A DNA stretch of 64,000 nucleotides from an uncultured Pseudomonadota bacterium (GTDB lineage Bacteria; Oederibacteriota; Muellerivitia; Muellerivitales; Muellerivitaceae), in contig CAWJKT010000010.1 of assembly GCA_963843375.1 (NCBI GenBank), positions 1 to 64,000 on the forward strand, written 5' to 3'. Below, piece by piece: positions 45,879 through 55,267 of the stretch; positions within the stretch are counted from its first letter, which is position 1; the number at the start of each line of letters is the position of its first letter. Position numbers and translations under genes: made by a program. The notes beneath the pieces are model-generated. The model did not search any database and had not been told where the DNA came from. It worked only from the letters and a program-made list of their open reading frames with translations.

Positions 45879-47603
45879 GAGGCGGGCGACTCCTCGCCCT
45901 CGGGTCCCGGCATCGCATCCGAGGTCCGGGATCCGCACCACGGAAGTCGGCGTGCACCGGAGGGCGGTCGAGCGCGAAGATCCGCCGGCACGGCCCATCC
46001 GGCCAGGGTGTGGATGTCCTTCCCCAGGTCCGGCCGGCCCGTCCACCCAGTCGTCGATGCCGGCCGTCACCCAGGCGACGGCGTCGTGGTCCCAGGTCCC
46101 GTACAACTTGGACTCGGTGATGCAGAGGGGCACGAACTCGCCGCCCAACACCAGCTCCCACACGGCCAGGGCCACACCCGGGTTGTGCGGGGTGGAGATG
46201 TTCCCGAAGGCCACCAGGCCGCCCGGCCCGAGCAGCGTGCGCGCCGTGGCCACGTCCTGGCGCACGACGTCGTAGCGGTGGCCGCCGTCCACGTGGACGA
46301 TCCGGCACGTGCCCGCCCGCTCCTCCGCATCGATCCCCCCCGACGGTCCGACGATGACGTCGGGCGGCTGCTCGTGGAAGCGCTCGTACTCCTGGAGGAA
46401 CCCCTTCTCGCTCACGTCGGCGTACCAGTGGTTGATGATCATGAGGCTCTCGGGGTCGAGCGCCTGCTTGTGCTCGAACACGTCGCACACCGTGAGGCGC
46501 TCGTCGGGCGGGCGGGCCAGATAGCCCAACAGGATGGCGCTCTTGCCGAACGAGGTGCCGATCTCGAAGAGGTCGCCGCGCCCGCCGTGCCCGCGCTGCA
46601 GCCGGTCGAGTTCGACCAGAACGCGGGCGTCGAGGGGGGAGAACCACCCGGGCACCGTGTCCAGGGCGAGGAGGTACGCCGCGCTGCGGGCTCCAGGTCG
46701 TCGGTCGCGTTGGTTGCCTCCGCATCCGTCGTCCGCACCTGCGGTGCGACCGCCTCGACCACGTCCTTGAGCCGGTCGTCATGGACGAGCTCGTGGCGTT
46801 TCCCGCCGACGGTGATGGCACCGTCCTCGTAGCTCAGCGCCTCCCATTCGCGGTCGAGCGTGCCCTCGCGGGCCATCTGCCACCAGCGCTTGAGATGCCA
46901 GGCGGCCTCCGCCGATGACCGCTCTTCGATCGAACGTCTCCCGTGGTCGAGCTTCTGCACCAGCAACGAGCGCGCCCGCAGCGGCGCGTGGAGGCAGGTC
47001 AGCGCGTCCGTGGAGACACCACCCGCGATGCCGGAGAGATGATTGCCGGCCCCGACGAAGACACCCGGGACGGCGCGGTGGACGACCTTGGGGGCGTACG
47101 GCAATTCCAGCCAGCTGACTGCGCCCGTCTGTACCAGGCGAGAGGCCTCTTCGGCCGTTCCGACGACGCGCGTCCGGGCGCATGGTCATGGTGGCCACGA
47201 CACCGGGATGCGCCGCCAGCACGTCGCGCCGCTGCACGAAGTTGATCACGTCCACGAACAGCGCCCGGGCGTCGACCGGCGCCTCTTCCAGGACGGACCG
47301 GAACGGCGCGTCCAGCGCGACCCAGAACTCGTCGGCGTCAATCGGGAGGACCCAATCCGCTCCCTGCTGCGCCGCGAAGCGGGCCATCCGCGTCACCCGG
47401 CCGGACTGGTACACGTGCCCGGTCTCGCTCGCCAGCTGCAGGGGCAGCTCGCCGGCCAGCTCCACCAGGAGCTCGAACGTCCCGTCGGTGGAGCCGTTGT
47501 CGACGACGATGGCCTCGTCGAGAACCGTCGTGAGGTGGTGGCGCAGATTGGTCTCAATGATGTCCACCTCGTTGCGGACCAGGTAGAGACCGACGACCTT
47601 CAC
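45875..47603 (-). CDS. GT2-family glycosyltransferase apparently fused to a class I SAM methyltransferase (Methyltransf_24-like), frameshifted
   Basis: VRNEVDII, VDNGSTDGT, PIDADEFW; C-terminal VPGWF, GDLFEIG..GKSAI, VHVDGGH. Confidence 0.75.
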
Positions 47604-47679
47604 GGAGCGAGTGTAGGGCGCTCCCCCCCGGCTCACTTGCCCGCGCCGGCCGGCCCGGCACACACTGGCGCCGTGCCCG

Positions 47680-48170
47680 ATGCCACCCCCGATCGCCACC
47701 CCGACCGCCGTTGCCACCGCCGTCTTCTCGGTGCCGGCCGAGACCGTGTGGGCCTACCGCCTCGACTTCGCCAACCTTCCGGAGTACAACCCCGACGTGC
47801 AGGACGTGACGCGCGTGGCCGACGGGACCGGCGACGCGGCGGGTGGCGTGCACGGGCCCGGCGCCCGTTACACGTTCGGCTTGGCCGACCCGCGCCGGCC
47901 CGGCGTGTATCAACCGATTGAGTTGTGGACCGTGGAGGCCGTCGCCCCGACGCTCGTGGCCGCCGGGATGTCGGGTGGGAGCGAGGCCTACGAGGAGTTC
48001 GTCGTGGAGCCCCTCGGCGACGGCGGGTGCGAAGCCACGCTCACGCTGTGGGTCACCCTGCCCGAAGGCCTCCCCGAGGACGTGGTCGCCGCTGCCGCGG
48101 CCGGCAGCCTGGACTCCATCAGCAAAGAGCTTCGCCTGATGAAGCAGGTGCTCGACGGCGCTCTGACTGA
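47680..48170 (+). CDS. SRPBCC-family protein (3' end approximate)
   Basis: VPAETVWAYRLDFANLPEYNP..GARY..VEPLGDGG..LRLMKQVLD. Confidence 0.78.
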
Positions 48171-48178
48171 CCGCGCGC

Positions 48179-48610
48179 CTAGTGGCTGTAGTGCGCGTCC
48201 GCGTCGGCGAGACGCTCGGCCAGTCGGGCCAGCATCTTCACGCCGATTCTCGGCGTCGTCATCAACATCGACCTGAACTCACGGGCGTCGAGGACCAGCA
48301 ACTCCATGTCCGTCTCTGCGACCACGTCCGCCGTGCGGATCCCACCGTGGAGGAGTGCCAGTTCGCCGAAGTACCCCCCGGTCGTGAACTCCGCGATCTC
48401 ACGCTTCCCCACGCGGCACGAGGCGATGCCGGAGAGCACGAGGAAGAACTCCCGGCCGACGGAGCCCTGGGCGGTCAGGAGCTCGCCGCTCTCGACACTG
48501 ACGGGGGTGCCGAGCTGCGCAATGGATCGGAGGTCGCTCTGCGAGCACCCCGAGAAGAGCGGGACCGCCTTCAACAGATCGATCTGCTGCTTCGGGATTC
48601 GATGCCGCAT
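48179..48610 (-). CDS. Stand-alone cyclic nucleotide-binding domain protein
   Basis: LKAVPLFSG, GREFFLVLSG, YFGELALL..RTADVVA; no HTH. Confidence 0.88.
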   Translation of the reverse strand: MRHRIPKQQIDLLKAVPLFSGCSQSDLRSIAQLGTPVSVESGELLTAQGSVGREFFLVLSGIASCRVGKREIAEFTTGGYFGELALLHGGIRTADVVAETDMELLVLDAREFRSMLMTTPRIGVKMLARLAERLADADAHYSH

Positions 48611-48714
48611 GTGGCCACCTGTACTGGGCTGGAACTGCTTGGAAACGCCAGTTGGAGCGTACCTCCCCCATCCCCCGAGCGCAGGGTCTTTCGGCAGGCG
48701 GCGCCTCTGGGCGC

Positions 48715-50344
48715 TCACCCGCCTTCCCGCAGGCGCTGGCGCAGCACGAACTTCTGGATCTTCCCCGAGGGCGTCCGCGGCAGCTCGTCGACGATGCGGA
48801 TCTCCTCGGGCCACTTCTGGCGGGTCAGCCCGGCCTCCTGGAGGTGCGCCCGCAGGGCCTCGAGGTCGGGCGGCGCGCTCCCCGGCTGCATGCGGAAGAA
48901 CGCGCAACCGTGCTCGCCGAGCCGTTCGTCGGGCGCCGCCACCACCGCCACCTCGGCCACGCCCTTCATGTGGGCCAGGAGCTGCTCGACCTCGGCCGCG
49001 CTCACGTTCTCGCCGCCGCGGATGATGATGTCCTTCACCCGGTCCGTGATGGTGAGGTAGCCGTCCGCGTCGATCACGCCGATGTCGCCGGTGCTGAACC
49101 AGCCGTCGGCGTCGACCGCCTCCGCCGTCAGCGCGAGGTCCGTGTAGCCCGCAAAGCGGTCCGGCCCCCGGCTCAGGATCTCGCCGGGCTGGCCCACCTC
49201 GACGTCGCGACCGTCCTCGTCGACGGTGCGGATCTCGACCCAGGCCATCGGCCGGCCGTCGGTGTGGATGCGCTTCTCCTTGGGGGCGTCGTGCTGGGAA
49301 CCCGTGATGGAGGGGTGCTCGGTCGACCCGTACGAGCGCACCAGCGAAATCCCGAGCGCGTCCGCCCGCTCCGCCACCGCGTTGGGGATGGGCGAGCCGC
49401 CGAGCCCGACGAACCGCATGAGCTCCACGTGCTCGGGGCCGAAGCCGGGGCTGTCGAGCAGGCTCGTGAAGAAGAACGTGGAGCCGCTCCCGGCGGCGAT
49501 GTGCTCCTCGACCATGGCGTCGAGGACGGTGGGCGGGTCCCAGCCGTCGATCATGTAGATGGGTCGCCCGCTGTAGAGGGGGCAGAGCAGCCCACCGAGC
49601 ATGCCGATGGCATGGCCGACCGGAGCACCCACGAGGCTCGGCAGATCGCGCATGGCCTGGTGATCGGACGAGCTGGCGCACCTCGCAGCCCAGGGTGCGG
49701 TGCGTGTGCACGACGCCCTTGGGGTCGGCCGTCGTGCCCGAGGTGTAGCCGATGACCGCCGCGCCGTCGGGGTCGACGTGCGCCGGGCCGTCGATCGGCT
49801 CCGCCTGGCGCAGGTCGTCGAAGCGAACGTACCCGGACGCGTCGCCGGCGATGTCGCCCACCACCACGACCGTGCTCGAGGCTCTCGCAGCCCGTCGCGC
49901 ACCGTGGCCAGGTCGGCCAGGTAGTCGCGCTGACCGATGCTCGACACGATCACCAGCGCACGGGCGCCGCTCTGGCGGAGGATGAAGCCCAGCTCCTTGG
50001 GGCCGTAGAAGTGCACGATCGGCACCAACGTCACACCGAGCATGCTGCAGGCGTAGAAGGTGATGGCCGCGTCGACCCAGTTGGGCAACTGGAAGGCCAC
50101 CACGTCGCCGGGCCCGAGGCCGAGCGCGCGCAAGCCGCCCGCCACGCGCAGCGACTCCTCGTAGACCTCGCCGACGGTGCCCGAGGTACGGGTGCGTCGG
50201 CGACCAAATGCGGAAGCGCCGCGTCGGGTCCTCCAGGAGGGCGTCGCGCAGGAACTCCCCGAGCGTGCGGTCGTCCCAGGCGCCCTCGGCCAGGTAGCGC
50301 TCGGCCAGCTCGGGCGGCACGGGGCGCAGCTCGAAGGTGGTCAT
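48715..50344 (-). CDS. Acyl-CoA synthetase (AMP-binding, FadK/cyclohexanecarboxylate ligase-like), frameshifted
   Basis: FQLPNW, YTSGTTADPKG, YGSTE, GWFSTGD, DRVKDIIIRGGEN, PSGKIQK. Confidence 0.93.
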
Positions 50345-51438
50345 GCCGATTCGATGAAGAGCGTCGCCAGCCGGTGGCGCTGGGCTGCCGGCGCCGCCCG
50401 CGAGGAGCTCGTTCTGCTTCACCCGCTTGAAGAGGAAATGGGCGTCGTTGGCCCAGGTGAACCCGACGCCGCCGTGCAGCTGAATGTCGTCGCCGGTGAC
50501 CCGCACACCGGCGTCCGCCGCGTAGCTCGAGGCCATGGCCGCGGCCTGTTCCCGCTCGGGCGACTCCGTGTCCGAGGCCCAGGCCGCGAACTGGAAGCCG
50601 GCCCGCGCCATCTCGACCTGCTGGAACATCTCGACGAGCCGGTGACGCACCGTCTGGTAGGTGGCGACCGGCTTGTCGAAGACGATCCGCTCCGACGTGT
50701 AGGCGATGGCCTCGGTCAGGGCCCGGTGCGCCGCGCCGACGGTCTCCGCCGCCAACCCGACGGCGATGTCGTCCTGCACCCGCTGCCACAGGCCCAGCTG
50801 GTTGCCCGACGGGCCCAGCGGAATGACCGGCGTGTCGTCGAGCACGAGCCGGGCCAGCTTGCGCGTGGGGTCGAGCGACGGGACCAAGGTCGCCCTCGGG
50901 CGACTCGAGGAGATACGACCGCACCCCCTCCTCGCTGCGGGCCACCACGATGACCCAGTCCGCCGTGTGCCCGTCGACCACGACCGGCTTCTCGCCGCTG
51001 ACGACCCACTGGGCCGCCTTCCGGCGCGCCCGCGTCCGCACCGTCGAGACGGGGTCGCCGTGGCCCTGCTCCCCCAGCGCCACCGTCCCCCGGCGGGTGC
51101 CGGCGGCCAGGTCGGCCAGCAGCTCGCTCGCGCCCAGGGCACGCGCGGCAAGGGTGGCCGCCACGGAGGAGGAGAAGAAGGGGCCGGGCAGCGGGAATGC
51201 GACCCATCTCTTCGAGGACGACGCACATTTCGAGCAGGCCGGCCCCGCTGCCGCCGTACTCGTCGGGCACCAGCAGGCCGGTCCATCCGAGCTCCACCAG
51301 CGTGGACCACAGCGCCGGAGTGATGCCGTCGGCCTCCTCGGCCAGTTGGCGCACCACGTCAGGCCCGCACTCGCGCTCCAGCGCGCTGCGGGCGACCTCC
51401 TGCAGTGCGAGCTGCTCGTCGTCGTACGTGAAGTCCAC
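50341..51438 (-). CDS. Acyl-CoA dehydrogenase (partner-type subunit), frameshifted
   Basis: DFTYDDEQ, RIVFDKPVATYQTVRH, QLHGGVGFTWANDAHFLFKR. Confidence 0.9.
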
Positions 51439-51476
51439 GGCCTCCCCTACGTCTCGCTCACCGACGCGCCATTCCC

Positions 51477-51490
51477 TGACACCGGCGTCA
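51477..51490. promoter_or_regulatory. Operator-like site TGACACCGGCGTCA
   Basis: Located between divergent ACAD genes. Confidence 0.72.
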
Positions 51491-51520
51491 GAGTACACGG
51501 TGGTCGGGTACCCTTCCCCC

Positions 51521-51673
51521 GTGGATTTTGCCCTTGCACCGGAGGACGAGAAGTTCCGCGACGAGTTGCGCGCCTGGCTCGACGAGCACCTGCCGCCCTT
51601 CCTGGAGGCGGAAGCGTTGGGCGACGACGCCAGCCTCTCGGGAGAGGCGAGCCAACAGCGTCGCCAGAAGTGG
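51521..51673 (+). CDS. N-terminal fragment of an acyl-CoA dehydrogenase, cut at the segment junction
   Basis: VDFALAPEDEKFRDELRAWLDEHLP..RRQKW, then homology stops abruptly. Confidence 0.8.
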
Positions 51674-52064
51674 GAGGTTCCGGTGGTGTTATTGGGACGG
51701 CGGCTGGTGGTGGTGGCAGGACCCTTACGATAGTGTGGTTTATGCTTATGACAACGGCCGGTACGTTCCCGATGGACCTTATGGGTCCCCGGCAGGCGGG
51801 GTAGTTGAATTCCGAAGCAATGACGGAACCCGCACAGTCAAAATGGTCGGGCAAGACGCCTTTCTTTTCGATACATCAGGTTCCAACACATTCAAACCTG
51901 TTTTCTTGGAAAGGGGAGTCGTGCAAGTGTGGTTTTCAAAGCCGAGCGGTGGAAAACCTCCCCGGATTCGGGCTGAACTCAACGACGGCACCTTTGAATT
52001 TTTTGACGAACAAGGGAAACTCATGGAGAGCCCAGCAAAAGAAAATTCAACAATGGATCAATAA
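51674..52064 (+). CDS. C-terminal part of a Trp/Tyr-rich hypothetical protein (5' end missing)
   Basis: RWCYWDGGWWWWQDPYDSVVYAYDNGRY..RSNDGTRTVK..TFEFFDEQG; codon usage of segment B. Confidence 0.65.
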
Positions 52065-52100
52065 CCTCTTCTAAATTATTTTGATTGGTTTGGACGCTCT

Positions 52101-52138
52101 AAGCCTCCGGCTCAAAAGCCGGAGGCTTTTTATTATTT
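52101..52138 (+). terminator. Rho-independent terminator
   Basis: Stem AAGCCTCCGGCT/AGCCGGAGGCTT, 4-nt loop, followed by a T-rich tract. Confidence 0.85.
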
Positions 52139-52225
52139 GCGGTTTTGAACCAACTTTCAGCATGTCCGGGATCATATGTAGCCGTCAGAAAAGGATAGAA
52201 AATATATAGCAGGAAGAGGCAAGCT

Positions 52226-53311
52226 ATGATCCTGCGATTGGATGGAACCATTAAAAGGGTGTTCCTCGTCCTCCAGATCATGTTTGTGGGAGGGTTGAAA
52301 TCTCTGTTTGCCGCCCCGCCCCAGGTCATGGTGTTGGATTGCACCAATTCAATGGTTCCATCCGATCTTACTTCCAAGTCAAGCGTGGTTTATCTTCCCA
52401 ACCATCATTTCGATGGTTCCACTTTCGAGGAAGATGGCACCATCAGTAAGGTTAATTTCAACAACCTTCTAAAGACAGGATTGAAAAAATCCAAGGGCCA
52501 GATTCGTTTTTTCTCAAGGAAAAACGATGAGATCGATGTTTATGTGGTGACCTCCATTCCCGTTAAAACCACCGCACAGATGTTGGACTCGTCCGTACCA
52601 CCGCCTGTTTTAATGGTTAGCGGGCCCCTGACCCTAGCCCTTCCGGCTCCTCAGGGAAAGGAAAAGGCCATCGCCGTCAGCCAGCCAGTGACTCTCTCTA
52701 TTCTTCAAACAGCCCGGTTTCTCTTGGAGGAACGTAAAAGGCCAACCTCGCTGGAAGCGGGGCATTCGGAGGTGGTCTCCAATTTTTTAGGGGTGAGCTT
52801 CAAGGCCATTCCGGCCTCCGATATCGATGGGAATGATTTTTATTACTATCATCTGGAAAAATACAAGTTAAAATCCGATAGCGGCACTCTTAAACTTTCA
52901 TTCCAGAACCAGAATGGAGATCAGCAAAACATTACGACCGTCATAACGGGTCCCTCGGAAAACTGGTTCCTGATGGCGGGCGGCCCGATCCATTCCTATA
53001 CCTTCGGGCCAAACGACTTCGATAATAACCCCGCAGGGCTTTACTTGAGCCTGAACTGGTCCATTCATGATATTTATGATCCTTCGCCCCGCTGGCTGAT
53101 TGTGAACCTACTGGACATCAACACCACTAATCCCACCCAAGCGATCGGGTTGGTGGGATTGGGAGTGGGTTTCCCTAAAATGAATGAATTCGTACCACTG
53201 TCTACCCTCGCCCTAACGGGAAGCTTGTTTTACAATCTCGATTTTTCACAGTTCCAGTTTGTCCTCATGATCAATTATGATCTGGGGGATATCTTTCAGA
53301 TTTTTCACTGA
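52226..53311 (+). CDS. Hypothetical exported protein with a beta-strand-rich C-terminus
   Basis: Intact 361-aa ORF, hydrophobic N-terminus, alternating-hydrophobic C-terminal strands. Confidence 0.6.
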   Translation: MILRLDGTIKRVFLVLQIMFVGGLKSLFAAPPQVMVLDCTNSMVPSDLTSKSSVVYLPNHHFDGSTFEEDGTISKVNFNNLLKTGLKKSKGQIRFFSRKNDEIDVYVVTSIPVKTTAQMLDSSVPPPVLMVSGPLTLALPAPQGKEKAIAVSQPVTLSILQTARFLLEERKRPTSLEAGHSEVVSNFLGVSFKAIPASDIDGNDFYYYHLEKYKLKSDSGTLKLSFQNQNGDQQNITTVITGPSENWFLMAGGPIHSYTFGPNDFDNNPAGLYLSLNWSIHDIYDPSPRWLIVNLLDINTTNPTQAIGLVGLGVGFPKMNEFVPLSTLALTGSLFYNLDFSQFQFVLMINYDLGDIFQIFH

Positions 53312-53347
53312 TACTTGTATTCTTTCATGGAGAAAAGAAAGGTTTTA

Positions 53348-55151
53348 TCATTTGGAAGCAATGATATCCTTGAGACAGCACCCGGGAGGATCCGTTTTGG
53401 TAAAGCGTAGCCCGGCATAATAGAGACGGATGTGCCCGTCTTCCCGGCTGGCGTGGACTGTGTCCCCGTCTGGATAGAAAAGCCCGGAGATCACCGCGTC
53501 CTCGGTCTGAAATGGATTCCAGGGTGATCAAATAGTCCGTATCCGTAATATCGAAAACTTTACTGGTTATTCTGGCATTGACGGTCAAGAGCCCTCCCCG
53601 GTCTTCCAAGGTCATATTTTTAAATTGGGTCTGGCCATCCGGGTTGTCTAACTGATATCGTCCCAAGCATTCCTGCCAGGCCAAGGGGATCGGGATGGGT
53701 TGGATCTTTTCGAAAACCACAGGGTCGCCCAGTCCACTCAGGATGGCTACGTCCTTTCCCTCGACTGTGGTGAATTCAACACCGTATTGGGGAATGTGAA
53801 TTGGAAAGAAGAGGATCATGATCCTCGGAATGAACTTGTTTTCGGCGGTAGGCACCAGGTCGAATTGGTGATCCATCAGGTCTGCTCTCAAATGGGCCCC
53901 CCCTTTGGAGATTTCGGCGGCCTTGCCGATCCCTGAATAAAACCCCACAAATTGATTTATTTTTTCCTCTGGGACACTGATCAACACCGGCATGACGATC
54001 TTGGGTTTCGTGAGGTCCGCAGGGACGCCGTATTTGGCCTCCCGCATCAATTTCAAAGCCCGGAGGGCCAGATCCCTCACTAGGAGACGCGATTCCTCGC
54101 AATTGGAAAAGATCACCACTCCCAGTTTTTCCTTTGTCAATAGGGCGATTCGGCAGAAATGGGGGACGTAGTCTCCGTCATGCCAAGCCAGGTTCTTGGT
54201 GTTGTCCATTCCCAAGCCATTCAGCATCCATCCCAGCCCCATGTGGTGGCCGAAATCCAGGGGTATCCCGGTGTACTGTTCCTGATACATTGAATTTAAA
54301 ATATCAGGTTTCACGAGAGAGGGCTGGTCAGTGAAAATAAATCTTAGGAGCCGAGCCATGTCGTCCGCGCTGGAAACCATCCCGCCGGCGGGAATGTCCC
54401 GTAAATAGAGCTGGGGTCTTTCCTTGCCGCCGCTATAGCCTTTGGCCATTCTTTCACGGACGGAAGGGCTTAGGTCGAAGGTGGAGGAATCCATGCCCAA
54501 TGGCCTCAATAAATGGTCCCGCATAGCGTCGCTAAAGGATTGGCGGTCTTTCAGTTCGATGATCCGGCCCAAAAGACTATAGTCCAAATCGGAGTATTTA
54601 TAAAAACTTTGGGGTGGCGCAACCAGGTAGTCTTGTTTCAAGTCCTCGGCTAGTTGGGCGAGGGATTCGGCTTTTTCCACCCACATGCCCTGGTGGTAAG
54701 CGGCCGGTAGCCCCGAATGGTGCGCCAGAAGGGAACGAATGGTGATTTCCTTCGAATCTTTGAAACGGCTGCGAATGGAGAAGCCCGGAAGGGCTTCAGC
54801 GACCGGTTGGTCCAAAGTGAGTCTGCCTTTTTGCGTCAATCGCATGATTTCCAAAGCCGTGAGAATCTTCGAGACCGAATCAACACGGTAAAGAGTGTCC
54901 GCTGTGGCGGGGATCTTGTTTTTTTCGTCCGCCTCCCCGAAGCCCGTTTTCCAAACTATCTTGCCGCCGTCGACCAGGGCTAGACTGAGCCCTTTTACAT
55001 TATCCCGACCCATGCCCTGTCGGATGAAGTCCTTCAAATTTTCAATAGTAGAGGTGTAGTCAGTCTGAGCGAATAGAACATCATAGGCCCAACCCTTTTG
55101 AACCACGACAGGCACCAAGGGTAGTAAGAATGAAAAAAAGAATATTAACAT
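53348..55151 (-). CDS. Serine hydrolase, class C beta-lactamase/PBP-like, with C-terminal extension; one frameshift near 53505
   Basis: GLSLALVDG, SVSK (SxxK), LLAHHSGL, YSD, PAGGMVSS, WHDG; shifted frame restores the C-terminus seen in the paralog. Confidence 0.9.
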
Positions 55152-55267
55152 TGGAGATAAATGGAATTTGAAAAAACCCTTTTGGATTTTAAATTCCTGA
55201 ATTACTGTTCTTGCCGAGACGAAGGGTTTTATTGTTGCCCTTCGGGGTTTAAATATCTTTGATTGAC

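Noticed and set aside
48179..48610. cNMP-binding protein as the CRP-like binder of TGAC-N6-GTCA
   Set aside because: The protein ends after the C-helix with no HTH, and the motif differs from the CRP site TGTGA-N6-TCACA
9635..51310. Very long ORF-track entries (e.g. 689, 873, 933, 978 and 1043 aa) suggesting giant or fused proteins
   Set aside because: They are Arg/Pro/Gly-rich shadow frames, or read-through joins caused by high GC and indels. Only the two-domain ACAD (41121-43388) and the amidohydrolase-SnoaL fusion are continuous in one real frame.
53348..55151. Calling the serine hydrolase a true beta-lactamase resistance gene (ampC)
   Set aside because: YSD and HDG replace YxN and KTG, and there is a long C-terminal extension; more likely a peptidase or esterase
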